A stretch of 64,000 nucleotides of DNA, from the NCBI GenBank assembly GCA_041493035.1, contig JBGPYB010000002.1, forward strand, positions 29,087 to 93,086, read 5' to 3'. The notes below the pieces were generated by a model. The model searched no databases. It had not been told where the DNA came from and worked only from the letters and a program-made list of their open reading frames with translations. Below are positions 1 through 8,395 of this stretch, one piece after another. The DNA comes from Vicinamibacteria bacterium (GTDB lineage: Bacteria > Acidobacteriota > Vicinamibacteria > Fen-336). How positions within the stretch are numbered: the first letter of the stretch is position 1; every line of letters starts with the position of its first letter. The position numbers were made by a program, and so were the translations under genes.

Positions 1-150
1 TCCGATGCTGCGGTTTCCCAACTGCAGCCAAGCAGAAGCATTGCTGCTGCAGCACTTTGGTCCCCGGTGGGCCGCACGGCACAGAGCGTGCAAAGTCATT
101 GGTCCGTGGACCAGGGCAACATTCGCTTCGAGTCTTCTTCGGTCGCGCCC

Positions 151-732
151 ATGCAAAGGAGGTGTGCCGTGATAGCAAAGAACAGTCTCCTGGGGCTTCT
201 CTGCGGGTTGGTGCTCGTCGCTCCGGTCGCTGCCGAGAACCGTATCGGGATCCTGGGAGGCGTCAACCTCGCAACCTTCCACGAGACGCCTGCGGAAGAG
301 GGCCTCTTGAGCACACGGACTCTGTTCGAGGCAGGGGCCGTCGCGGACGTGGGTTTGGGCGGAAACCTCTCGATCCGGTTCGAGCCCATGTTTCTGGTGA
401 AGGGCAGCGACGTGAGCTTCGCTCTGTTCGGTCCGCCGCCGTCCGCCCCGAATGGTGGCTTGCGGCGGATCAACCTGGTGGACCTTCGAGAGGAGCCGCG
501 ACCGCTTGGCTTCGCGTTACATGCCGACACTGAAGGGCGACGTTCTTGGTCAAGAACTGTGGAGGCAGGCCATGAGAACCCGTTCGCTGGGAAAGCGAGG
601 TTGACATGCGATGTCACGAGTCTCAAGGTCGCGGCGCGGGCCCAGTTTCGCCGCCCAACGACACTGCTGGCGGTTGGAGCGGGCGTACAATTGGGACAGA
701 GAGGGACCTCGTGTGGCACTCCTGGGCGCTAA
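151..732 (+). CDS. Putative outer-membrane beta-barrel protein (OmpW/OMP_b-brl-like), probably C-terminally truncated
   Basis: The internal Met at 151 gives a signal peptide, MQRRCAVIAKNSLLGLLCGLVLVAPVAA. It is followed by alternating hydrophobic beta-strand-like segments (RIGILGGVNLATF, LSIRFEPMFLV). The ORF ends GTSCGTPGR without the usual terminal aromatic strand, 10 nt before the DUF4160 gene. Confidence 0.3.
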   Translation: MQRRCAVIAKNSLLGLLCGLVLVAPVAAENRIGILGGVNLATFHETPAEEGLLSTRTLFEAGAVADVGLGGNLSIRFEPMFLVKGSDVSFALFGPPPSAPNGGLRRINLVDLREEPRPLGFALHADTEGRRSWSRTVEAGHENPFAGKARLTCDVTSLKVAARAQFRRPTTLLAVGAGVQLGQRGTSCGTPGR

Positions 733-741
733 CTTCTGTCC

Positions 742-978
742 GTGCCCACGCTGCTCGTGGTCGAAGGGTTCCGGTTCTGGTTCTACAGCAACGAGGGGCA
801 AGAGCCGCCGCACGTGCACGTGAGCAACGGTGGGGCTTCTGCGAAACTTTGGCTGCAACCAGTTCGCATCGCGTACTCACACGGTTTGACTCCGGCCCAG
901 GTCCGGCGCGCCCGGGAGCTGGTCTTTGAGCACCAAGCCTCCTTCCTCGAGAGGTGGCATGACTACTTCGGTCGTTAG
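742..978 (+). CDS. DUF4160-family protein, the first gene of a DUF4160/DUF2442 toxin-antitoxin-like pair
   Basis: GTG start. The 78-aa product carries the characteristic FRFWFYSNEGQEPPHVHV motif of DUF4160. It overlaps the start of the next gene. Confidence 0.7.
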   Translation: MPTLLVVEGFRFWFYSNEGQEPPHVHVSNGGASAKLWLQPVRIAYSHGLTPAQVRRARELVFEHQASFLERWHDYFGR

Positions 979-1207
979 TCCGCCGAATGCTCGCGCCCGG
1001 AGCATCGACTTCGTACCGGACGCTTTCGTAGTGCACCTCGAAGATGGTCGGTCACTCACGGTGCCCATCGAGTGGTTCCCTCGCCTTCGAGACGCGACGG
1101 CGGAGCAGCGGAGCCGCTGGGAGCTGATCGGTCCTGGCTTCGGCATCCGCTGGCCCGATCTGGACGAGGACATTTCTGTGGCGGGTCTCCTCGGCCTCCC
1201 GGACTGA
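959..1207 (+). CDS. DUF2442-family protein, partner of the DUF4160 gene
   Basis: The internal ATG at 959 overlaps the stop of the upstream gene. The 82-aa product is small and acidic and matches DUF2442, which is usually paired with DUF4160. Confidence 0.65.
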   Translation: MTTSVVSPPNARARSIDFVPDAFVVHLEDGRSLTVPIEWFPRLRDATAEQRSRWELIGPGFGIRWPDLDEDISVAGLLGLPD

Positions 1208-1359
1208 CGTCACCCTTCCGCCTGCGCACTTCTCTGACCCTGCTGACGTGAGCGCCAATGGCGCTGCGCCAATTGCGCCAATGCCGATCGTTGACTCGCC
1301 AATGGTGGGGGGCGTACAGTCGTGCCCGCGGCCTCCCTCGCGGCCGTCCAGGTGGGTGC

Positions 1360-2613
1360 ATGATGCGCGGGCTTGGCACGATGTTGCTGGGAGTCGCGAT
1401 CGCAGGCGGCCTGCAAGCCAACGAGGAGCGAGATCCTCCGCTGGTGATAGAGAGCGCCGTTGCCGATCTGGACAACGGGCGCCTCGTCATCCAAGGCCGG
1501 GACTTCGGGACGGAACGCCTCGGAGTAAGGCTCGCCGGACGGACCCTGAAGGTGCTCCTGGCGAAGCCCAGGCAGATCACCGCGGCCCTGCCGCCCGGAA
1601 TCGCGCCGGGGAGCTACCTGCTCGTCGTGTCCCTTCGCGACGGAGGCCGGAAGAGCAACTCATTTGCCGTGACCATCGGAGCGGTCGGGCCGCCAGGACG
1701 CCAAGGGCAAAAAGGCGATAGGGGAGATCCTGGGCCAGCCGGCCCTGCCGGGATACAGGGGCCTGAAGGGCCAAAGGGCGCTGAGGGTCAAACCGGTCCA
1801 GCAGGCCCGCAAGGTCCTCCGGGCATCGTCGGCGCGTTCGATAGTCTCGCGGGTCTTCCCTGCACGCGAGGCGGTGTTGTTGGGTCCATCGTTCTCCTCT
1901 ATGCGACCAACGGCGACGCAAGTCTTCGCTGCGTGTTGCCCGACGTCCCCCCCCCGCCTCCCTCGCCGACGCCCTCGACCCCAGCGGTCCTTCTCCTCAA
2001 TGAGGTGAATCCGAACATCGTCGACATCGCTGGTACCCGGGACCTGATCGAGCTGGAAGTGGTCAGCGCGGGCAACTTGCAGAACATCACGGTTCAGATG
2101 CGCTTCACCAGCCCTCTAGTGCTGGCCACCCTGCCCGACCTGGCGGTGTCGGCCGGCGATCTCATTCTTGTGCACCTCAACCCACTGCCAGGCTGGATCA
2201 CCGAGTCTGCTAGTCGAGGCGATTGCACGGATGCTTCATGCGTGGCGAGCGCTTGGGACGTCAGGGGGAATGCCACTAGCATTCCTTTCACTACCGGTGT
2301 GTTGCTCGTGCGGGCCCCTGACGGCACGGTCCAGGACGGCGTCTCGTTCACGACGGGCGGCAGTATCAACCCAAACTTTGCGACTGACCTCCAGTCGCTT
2401 CAGGCTCTGGGGCTCTGGAGCCCCGCGGACTGCGGTGGCTCACTCTGCACGCTCACGTCTACGCCAACCGCACTGGATATATCGGCTTCGTGGGCCGGAT
2501 CGGCAAACAACGCAAGCGGGAGCAGCATTGGCCGCCACCCGAATGCGCAGGACACCAATTCCGCCAGTGATTGGCAAATCGAATTCGCGACTTTCGGAGG
2601 CCCGAACCCATAG
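1360..2613 (+). CDS. Secreted IPT/TIG - collagen-like triple-helix - lamin-tail-domain (LTD) protein
   Basis: ATGATG start with a signal-like N-terminus ([20 protein letters not shown]). An IPT-like block follows (LVIQGRDFG ... SYLLVVSL). Then come 17 uninterrupted GXY triplets ([52 protein letters not shown]) and a poly-Pro linker ([12 protein letters not shown]). The LTD-like motif LLLNEVNPN ... DLIELEV comes next, followed by a Cys-containing C-terminal domain. Confidence 0.7.
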   Translation: MMRGLGTMLLGVAIAGGLQANEERDPPLVIESAVADLDNGRLVIQGRDFGTERLGVRLAGRTLKVLLAKPRQITAALPPGIAPGSYLLVVSLRDGGRKSNSFAVTIGAVGPPGRQGQKGDRGDPGPAGPAGIQGPEGPKGAEGQTGPAGPQGPPGIVGAFDSLAGLPCTRGGVVGSIVLLYATNGDASLRCVLPDVPPPPPSPTPSTPAVLLLNEVNPNIVDIAGTRDLIELEVVSAGNLQNITVQMRFTSPLVLATLPDLAVSAGDLILVHLNPLPGWITESASRGDCTDASCVASAWDVRGNATSIPFTTGVLLVRAPDGTVQDGVSFTTGGSINPNFATDLQSLQALGLWSPADCGGSLCTLTSTPTALDISASWAGSANNASGSSIGRHPNAQDTNSASDWQIEFATFGGPNP

Positions 2614-2693
2614 CAAGGGCTGCGGGCGGACTCCGGGATGGGTTGGTTGGGACGGAGACTCAAGATGCGCGGTGACTTAGGAGGTATTGGGCC

Positions 2694-3233
2694 ATGGTGT
2701 CGATTGGAAGGATGTCGTCAGTGAGTCTCTTGGTGACAGGTTTGCTGGGGTTGGCACCGCCGACCACACAATCAGCGCCCGCAGTTCAGCCCCCGCCGAC
2801 GACTCAGGCGGCGCCAGCGAAAGCGGCGCCTGCGGCAGCGGCAAACCCGCCCTCTGCCGGAGTCATCCAGACCCAGGAAACCAACACCCAGGGCGTGGTC
2901 GCCGATGTAACCGAGTGCAAACGGAAGGACGGGGTGTTGACCGTCAAGCTCCGCATTCGGAACACCTCCGGCGGGACAGTGTCGTTCTATACGGACCGAC
3001 TCCGCGATTACGACAAGGTTTATCTCACCGCGGACAACAAGAAGTACTTCGCCCTGACAGACTCGGAGAAGCAGCCTCTTTGGGGCAGCACGACAGGAAA
3101 TGAGTCCCTGAGTCCCGGCCAGAGCTACCGGTGGTGGGCGAAGTTCCCGGCGCCTCCTGCGGCGGCGAAGAGTATCAACCTGCTCACGCCAGTGGCTTCA
3201 CCCTTCGACGACGTTCCCATCAGCGACCAATAG
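2694..3233 (+). CDS. Secreted hypothetical protein with a Pro/Ala/Thr-rich linker
   Basis: An AGGAGG Shine-Dalgarno (SD) sequence lies 9 nt upstream of the ATG. The signal peptide is MVSIGRMSSVSLLVTGLLGLA. A low-complexity PTTQ/AAPA linker is followed by a beta-rich domain. A 1-nt gap separates it from the OmpA-like gene downstream. Confidence 0.55.
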   Translation: MVSIGRMSSVSLLVTGLLGLAPPTTQSAPAVQPPPTTQAAPAKAAPAAAANPPSAGVIQTQETNTQGVVADVTECKRKDGVLTVKLRIRNTSGGTVSFYTDRLRDYDKVYLTADNKKYFALTDSEKQPLWGSTTGNESLSPGQSYRWWAKFPAPPAAAKSINLLTPVASPFDDVPISDQ

Positions 3234-3234
3234 G

Positions 3235-3843
3235 GTGATGGCGAAACGACTGCTGGTCTCGATCGGAATACTCCTCCTACTCGCTCGCGCCGTCCCTGCG
3301 CAGGGCAAGTACCCAGACCCGGATTCGCCCGCCGTAGAAGGCGCGGCGCGTGCGGCGCTCGCCAACGCGAAGGTCTTGGAGGTCAAAGCCAAGGTTCTGG
3401 ACATCATCGGTGTCAGCCGCGGTCTCAGCGGCGTCATGAAAGACCTTGGGGCCAAAGTGACCGATCAGGAGATCACCATCGAGCTGGCGGCTGACTTTCT
3501 CTTTGACTTTGACAAGTACGCTCTGAGGAGCGAGGCCACCGACAGCCTCCGCAAGGTCGGAGAGGTCGTCAAAGCTTATCCAAGAGCGCCGCTGCTGATT
3601 GAGGGGCACACGGACGGCAAAGGCACGCATCCCTACAACATGACGCTGTCGGAGAGCCGTGCTGTCTCGGTGAAGAACTGGCTGGTGCAAAATGCCGGGG
3701 TCGATCCCGCGCGGATCACCACCAGGGGCCTGGGAGAAACCAAGCCCGTCGCATCCAACGCCAACCCCGACGGCAGCGACAATCCCCAGGGCAGACAGAA
3801 GAACCGGCGAGTCTCGATAACACTGCGTACACGCTCTAACTGA
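3235..3843 (+). CDS. OmpA-family (OmpA/MotB C-terminal domain) protein
   Basis: GTG or ATG start at 3235 or 3238, with a signal peptide. The C-terminal OmpA_C motif reads FDFDKYALRSEA ... LLIEGHTDGKGTHPYNMTLSESRA ... ITTRGLGETKPVASN ... NRRVSI. Confidence 0.85.
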   Translation: MMAKRLLVSIGILLLLARAVPAQGKYPDPDSPAVEGAARAALANAKVLEVKAKVLDIIGVSRGLSGVMKDLGAKVTDQEITIELAADFLFDFDKYALRSEATDSLRKVGEVVKAYPRAPLLIEGHTDGKGTHPYNMTLSESRAVSVKNWLVQNAGVDPARITTRGLGETKPVASNANPDGSDNPQGRQKNRRVSITLRTRSN

Positions 3844-3859
3844 TTGATAATAAGCATAA

Positions 3860-3902
3860 TATAGATTGGAACTCTGAATGACTAGATAAGTTCCAATCTA
3901 TA
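3860..3902. promoter_or_regulatory. Perfect 14-bp inverted repeat inside an 82-bp AT-rich intergenic island: candidate operator, or a terminator for the upstream OmpA-like gene
   Basis: The left arm tatagattggaact spans 3860-3873. The right arm agttccaatctata spans 3889-3902, with a 15-nt spacer between them. Region 3844-3925 is strongly AT-rich in a 68% GC genome. A TACAAT box at 3914-3919 lies 6 nt before the GTG at 3926, and no SD is visible. Confidence 0.4.
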
Positions 3903-3925
3903 GTAGTTAGAGTTACAATAGTCCC

Positions 3926-4972
3926 GTGAAAGCACGTTCGGAGATCACGCAATTCATCGCTGCTCACATCGCCGAGCAGCAGTCCGGTCTTGCCCGGATG
4001 GTCTCCGAGCGATTCGGAATCAGTCGACAGGCGGCGAATCGAAACATCGCGCGCATGGTGAAGTCTGGGCTCGTTCTTGCCCATGGCAAGACGCGTGGTC
4101 GGCAGTACCGGCTCGCGACCCTGGGTCGGGTGCATGAGACCTTGGCCATCACACCGGAGCTGCAGGAGGATCAGGTCTGGGAGCGCCGTGTGCTACCCCT
4201 GTTGCGCGACGCGCCCGAGAACGTGCGGGACATTTGCAGCTACGGCTTCACCGAGATGGTCAACAACGCGAAGGACCATTCGGGTTCGCCCACGCTACTC
4301 ATCTTGGCCGAGGTCACGGCGGACGGCGTCACGATGGTGGTGAGAGACGAGGGTGTCGGGATTTTCCGCAAGATCAAGGACGCTCTGCACCTGGAGGATG
4401 AGCGCCACGCGATCCTGGAGCTCACCAAGGGGAAGTTCACCACGGACCCGGAACGCCACACGGGCGAAGGCGTCTTCTTCGCGTCACGCATGTTCGACTC
4501 GTTTGGCATAGGGTCCGGGCGACTCGGCCTCCTTCACCGGCGCGACACCCAGGACTTCCTGAGCGAGGACCGGCCGGAACATGCTGGCACGACGGTGGTC
4601 ATGGAGGCAAAGTTCGTTTCACAACATACAGCGAAGGAGGTGTTCGACCGGTACTCGACCGAGCAGGACGACTACGCGTTCCAGCGAACCCGCATCGTGG
4701 TCGCTTTGGCGGAGATCGAAGGCACGAAGCTCGTCTCTCGTTCTCAGGCCAAGCGAATCCTCGCCCGGCTCGATCGGTTCAAGGAGGTGATCCTCGACTT
4801 CAAGCGGGTCGAGAGCGTCGGACCCGCCTTCGCCGACGAGATGTTCCGCGTATACAGGTGTCAGCACCCGCAGGTGAACCTGATCCCGACCGAGGCCAAT
4901 GAAGAAGTGCAGAGGATGATCCGGCGCGCAGAGGCAGCCAGACAAACCATGATTCCCGCCCCGGGCTCTTGA
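3926..4972 (+). CDS. One-component regulator: N-terminal winged HTH + GHKL/HATPase_c (RsbW-like) domain + C-terminal STAS-like DUF4325 domain
   Basis: GTG start. The HTH segment is LARMVSERFGISRQAANRNIARMVKSGLV. The GHKL ATP-binding motifs are NNAKDHSG and VRDEGVGI ... TGEGVFFASR. The C-terminus (LDFKRVESVGPAFADEMFRVY) fits the STAS-like DUF4325 domain. Confidence 0.7.
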   Translation: MKARSEITQFIAAHIAEQQSGLARMVSERFGISRQAANRNIARMVKSGLVLAHGKTRGRQYRLATLGRVHETLAITPELQEDQVWERRVLPLLRDAPENVRDICSYGFTEMVNNAKDHSGSPTLLILAEVTADGVTMVVRDEGVGIFRKIKDALHLEDERHAILELTKGKFTTDPERHTGEGVFFASRMFDSFGIGSGRLGLLHRRDTQDFLSEDRPEHAGTTVVMEAKFVSQHTAKEVFDRYSTEQDDYAFQRTRIVVALAEIEGTKLVSRSQAKRILARLDRFKEVILDFKRVESVGPAFADEMFRVYRCQHPQVNLIPTEANEEVQRMIRRAEAARQTMIPAPGS

Positions 4973-5022
4973 CCACGACGCCGAACTCCGCGCTATGCTT
5001 CCTGTTCGGGGAGATCGCCTTC

Positions 5023-6177
5023 ATGCCCTTCTACCACCAGCTCGGCCGTGTCCCACCGAAGCGCCACGTGGTGCTTCGCACGGCGGACGGGGCGCTATGC
5101 TTCGAGGAGCTGGTCGGGAACAAGGGTTTCACCGGGCCGTCGTCGCTGCTCTACCACCTCCGGCTTCCGACGGCCGTCAAGAGCGTGCGCCTCTTCCGAG
5201 ACCTCGCGTGGGCGCGGGAGGAGGACCAGACGCTGCGCCACCGGCACTTTCGGACGGCTTCCCTCGAGACGGGGCCGAGTGCCGTTCTCGACCGCGTGCC
5301 TTTGCTCTACAACGACGACGTCGCCCTGGAGATGGTGAGGCCGCGGCAGGAGGACGAGTTCTTCTACAGGAACGGCCAGGGAGACGAGGTCGTCTTCGTG
5401 ACCGAAGGCGAGGGGGTTCTCGAGTCGCCCTTCGGCGTGGTCGCGTTCCAGTCGGGCGACTACGTCGTGATTCCCCGCGGGGTGCTTCATCGCTACCGTC
5501 TCGCCCCCTGCCCCCAGCGCTTTCTCGTGATCGAGAGCCGCGGCGATGTGCGCACGCCGAAGCGATATCGGAACGAGCACGGTCAGATGCTGGAAGGCGC
5601 GCCTTACTCGGAGCGGGATTTCCGGCGTCCGGAGAAGCTCGAGACCCGCGACGAGGCCGGAGAATTCCGGGTCCTCGTCAAGGCCGCGAACCGCATCACG
5701 GAGATCATCATGGCTCACCATCCCTTCGACGTGGTGGGCTGGGACGGGTACTACTATCCGTGGGCCTTCAGCATTCACGACTTCGAGCCCAAGGTAGGCC
5801 GCGTCCACCTGCCCCCGCCCGTGCATCAGACGTTCGAGGGAGACGGCTTCGTGATCTGCTCCTTCTGTCCGCGTCCTTATGACTTCGATAAAGACGCGAT
5901 CCCCGCTCCCTACAGCCACCAGAACGTGATGTCCGACGAGGTCCTCTACTACGCCAACGCGGAGTTCATGAGCCGGAAAGGGATCGAGTATGGCTCCATC
6001 ACCCTCCACCCCGACGGCCTGCCCCACGGTCCGCAGCCAGGGAAGACGGAAGAGTCGATCGGCGCGAAGTGGACGGGCGAGCTGGCGGTGATGGTGGACA
6101 CGTTCAAGCCGCTCCGCGCGAGTCGGCAGGCTCTCGCCCTCGAGGATGCCGGCTATGCCTTGTCGTGGCTCGTATGA
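5023..6177 (+). CDS. hmgA: Homogentisate 1,2-dioxygenase
   Basis: Conserved HGD blocks are present, including HLPPPVHQTF, SFCPRPYDF and SHQNVMSDE. An ATG at 5023 has GGGGAG upstream. A TTG at 4969 is an alternative start. Confidence 0.85.
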   Translation: MPFYHQLGRVPPKRHVVLRTADGALCFEELVGNKGFTGPSSLLYHLRLPTAVKSVRLFRDLAWAREEDQTLRHRHFRTASLETGPSAVLDRVPLLYNDDVALEMVRPRQEDEFFYRNGQGDEVVFVTEGEGVLESPFGVVAFQSGDYVVIPRGVLHRYRLAPCPQRFLVIESRGDVRTPKRYRNEHGQMLEGAPYSERDFRRPEKLETRDEAGEFRVLVKAANRITEIIMAHHPFDVVGWDGYYYPWAFSIHDFEPKVGRVHLPPPVHQTFEGDGFVICSFCPRPYDFDKDAIPAPYSHQNVMSDEVLYYANAEFMSRKGIEYGSITLHPDGLPHGPQPGKTEESIGAKWTGELAVMVDTFKPLRASRQALALEDAGYALSWLV

Positions 6178-7067
6178 TCGCGGCCGCCACGTCATCGCTG
6201 CTCGCGTCCCTCGTCGACTACGCCGGGCTCTTTCCGCCGGCCGGTCTCGACACGGAGAAGGCGGTGGAGCAGTACGCGCGCCATCGCCGTTCCCCGGAGC
6301 GCTGGATTCTCGGACGCTTCGTCGTCCCGGCCACGCGCCTCGACGAGATGGCGACGGCGGCTGCGCCGTACCTGCCGACCCTTGGCGCGACGGATCCCTG
6401 GCGCGTGACGGCGCTCCTTGGGAATCGTCCCGCAGCCGAGGCCGCCCAGGCGGTGGCGTTTGGCCAACGCCTCGGCGGCCAGGCGGTCGTCGATTCGGTC
6501 GAGCTGAAAGGCTCGACGGTGGGTGAAATCGAGTCGGCCCTCGACGGACTGCCATCCGGCGTCACGGCCTACGTCGAGTTGCCGATCGACGCCGTTCTGC
6601 CGCCGCTTCTGCAAGCGCTCAAGGCCCGCGGCGCGCGGGCCAAGGTGCGCACCGGTGGGGTGACGCCCGAGGCGATACCGTCGCCGGAGCAGGTGGCCCG
6701 ATTTCTCGTTGCCTGCGGCGCAGCCAAAGTTCCGTTCAAGGCGACAGCCGGGCTCCATCATGCGGTGCGCTCCGTTCGGCCGCTCACCTATGCCTCCGAC
6801 AGCCCGCGAGCCACCATGCACGGCTTCCTGAACGTCTTCTCCGCCGCCGCCCTCGTCTGGCACGGCGCCTCCGTGGACGCGGTCGAGGCCGTGTTGCGAG
6901 AGGAGAATCCCGAGGCCTTTCGGATCGACGACGGCGGCCTGTCGGTGGGGGATCGCCACGTTTCCGCCGGCGATGTCGCCGCGTCGCGCGCCGAGCTTTC
7001 CATCGGGTTCGGCTCTTGCTCCTTCGCGGAGCCGATCGCCGACCTGAAGGCCCTCGGCATCTTGTGA
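6174..7067 (+). CDS. Uncharacterised protein translationally coupled between hmgA and fahA (297 aa)
   Basis: Its ATG at 6174 overlaps the hmgA stop (ATGA). Its stop overlaps the fahA GTG (GTGA). I recognise no family signature. The two Cys residues sit in VACGAAKVPF and GFGSCSF. Confidence 0.6.
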   Translation: MIAAATSSLLASLVDYAGLFPPAGLDTEKAVEQYARHRRSPERWILGRFVVPATRLDEMATAAAPYLPTLGATDPWRVTALLGNRPAAEAAQAVAFGQRLGGQAVVDSVELKGSTVGEIESALDGLPSGVTAYVELPIDAVLPPLLQALKARGARAKVRTGGVTPEAIPSPEQVARFLVACGAAKVPFKATAGLHHAVRSVRPLTYASDSPRATMHGFLNVFSAAALVWHGASVDAVEAVLREENPEAFRIDDGGLSVGDRHVSAGDVAASRAELSIGFGSCSFAEPIADLKALGIL

Positions 7068-8380
7068 TCGCCGCGATCGACGAGACCCACGCCCCTGCGC
7101 TCCGGAGCTGGGTCGAATCGGCCAACGATCCCGCCACTGACTTTCCCGTCCAGAACCTGTCGATGGGTGTCTTCCAGCGGAAAGGAAATGGAACGGCGGG
7201 CGTCGGCGTTGCCATCGGCGATCAGATCCTGGATCTCGCCGCCTGCGCCGGGCGCGGCCTCCTCCGCGGCCTGCCGACCGCGATCGAGGAGGCCTGTCGC
7301 GCCGCGTCCCTGAACGCCTTCATGGCGCAACCGGCCCGCCTGCGGAGCGCGCTCAGGAACCGGATCAGTCACCTGCTTCGTGCCGAGGGCGGGTTCGTGA
7401 CGGCGCGCAGCGAGGCCGCAGCGGTCCTTCTGCCGCAGGCCGAGGCTGAGATGCGCCTCCCGGCCGAGGTGGGGGACTACACCGACTTCTACGCGTCGAT
7501 CTTCCACGCGAGCAACGTCGGCGCCATGTTCCGCCCCGACAGCCCGCTGTTGCCGAACTACAAATGGGTGCCGATCGGCTATCACGGGCGCGCGTCGTCC
7601 CTCGTGGTCAGCGGCACGCCGGTGCGCCGTCCTTCGGGGCAGACCGAAGGGACCGACGGTGGGCCACCGTCGTTCGGCCCGACTCGCGCCCTCGACTACG
7701 AGCTGGAGATGGGAGCCTTCCTCGGGCCGGGAAACGACCTCGGAACGCCCATCCCTCTCCGTGAGGCCGCGGATCACCTCGTCGGCCTCTGCCTCCTGAA
7801 CGACTGGTCCGCTCGCGACATGCAGAAATGGGAGTACCAGCCCCTCGGTCCGTTCCTCGCGAAGAGCTTCGCCACGTCGCTCGGACCATGGGTGGTTACC
7901 CGCGAGGCGCTGGCGCCCTTCCGCGTCTCGGCCTTGTCGCGGCCGGCAGGAGACCCCGCTCCGCTTCCGTACCTGAGCGACGAGGAGGATGCAGCTCACG
8001 GGGGTTTCGACGTGCATCTCGAAGTGCGTATCGCATCGCGCGCCATGCGCGACGCGCGGCACCCGGCGATGACGGTGAGCCGTAGCCGTCTCCGCGACCT
8101 TTACTGGACGCTTGGCCAACTGCTCACTCATCACGCGAGCAACGGCTGCAACCTGCGCCCTGGGGACCTGATCGCCAGCGGCACCGTCTCCGGGCCGGAG
8201 ACGGAATCCCGCGGCTGCCTCCTGGAGCGGACGGGACGGGGGAACGAGCCGCTCACGCTCCCGACGGGGGAAAGGCGCCGCTTTCTCGAAGATGGCGACG
8301 AGGTGATCTTCCGCGGGCGCTGCGAGCGGGAGGGCTTCGTCTCGCTGGGCTTCGGCGAATGCCGCGGCGTGGTAGGTTAG
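7064..8380 (+). CDS. fahA: Fumarylacetoacetase (fumarylacetoacetate hydrolase)
   Basis: The N-terminal domain carries FPVQNLSMGVF. The FAH core carries DYTDFYASIFHASNVG, LGPFLAKSFATS, and a Ca/Mg-binding region. Start at the GTG at 7064. Confidence 0.85.
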   Translation: MIAAIDETHAPALRSWVESANDPATDFPVQNLSMGVFQRKGNGTAGVGVAIGDQILDLAACAGRGLLRGLPTAIEEACRAASLNAFMAQPARLRSALRNRISHLLRAEGGFVTARSEAAAVLLPQAEAEMRLPAEVGDYTDFYASIFHASNVGAMFRPDSPLLPNYKWVPIGYHGRASSLVVSGTPVRRPSGQTEGTDGGPPSFGPTRALDYELEMGAFLGPGNDLGTPIPLREAADHLVGLCLLNDWSARDMQKWEYQPLGPFLAKSFATSLGPWVVTREALAPFRVSALSRPAGDPAPLPYLSDEEDAAHGGFDVHLEVRIASRAMRDARHPAMTVSRSRLRDLYWTLGQLLTHHASNGCNLRPGDLIASGTVSGPETESRGCLLERTGRGNEPLTLPTGERRRFLEDGDEVIFRGRCEREGFVSLGFGECRGVVG

Positions 8381-8395
8381 GGACCGGAGGGAGCC

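Noticed and set aside
366-386. tRNA T-loop-like sequence GGTTCGAGCCC.
   Set aside because: It lies inside the OMP-like coding frame (IRFEPMF). It has no flanking acceptor or D-arm complementarity, and I found no other tRNA-like structure in the window.
57-533. The 158-aa ORF in frame 3 at the window start.
   Set aside because: It is an Arg/Gly-rich low-complexity translation that overlaps the better-supported OMP-like frame. It has no start context.
1708-1860. Periodic 9-bp GGN CCN NNN repetition, which might be mistaken for a DNA tandem repeat or CRISPR-like array.
   Set aside because: It is the in-frame coding periodicity of the collagen GXY repeats in ORF 1360-2613. It has no spacer-repeat architecture and lies inside a CDS.
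5095-6555. Long antisense ORFs opposite well-conserved enzymes. Examples are 5095-6555 (-), 6788-9175 (-), 10154-11758 (-), 19328-20686 (-), 21321-22865 (-), 36895-39471 (-), 39897-41615 (-), 41847-45080 (-) and 57826-59250 (-).
   Set aside because: A 68% GC genome produces long stop-free antisense frames. Their translations are Arg/Pro/Gly-rich low-complexity sequence. The opposite strand encodes enzymes with clear family motifs (HGD, FAH, HPPD, Sel1, GH106-like, GH3, Tkt, Tal-Pgi, Gnd, Zwf, DUF1501).
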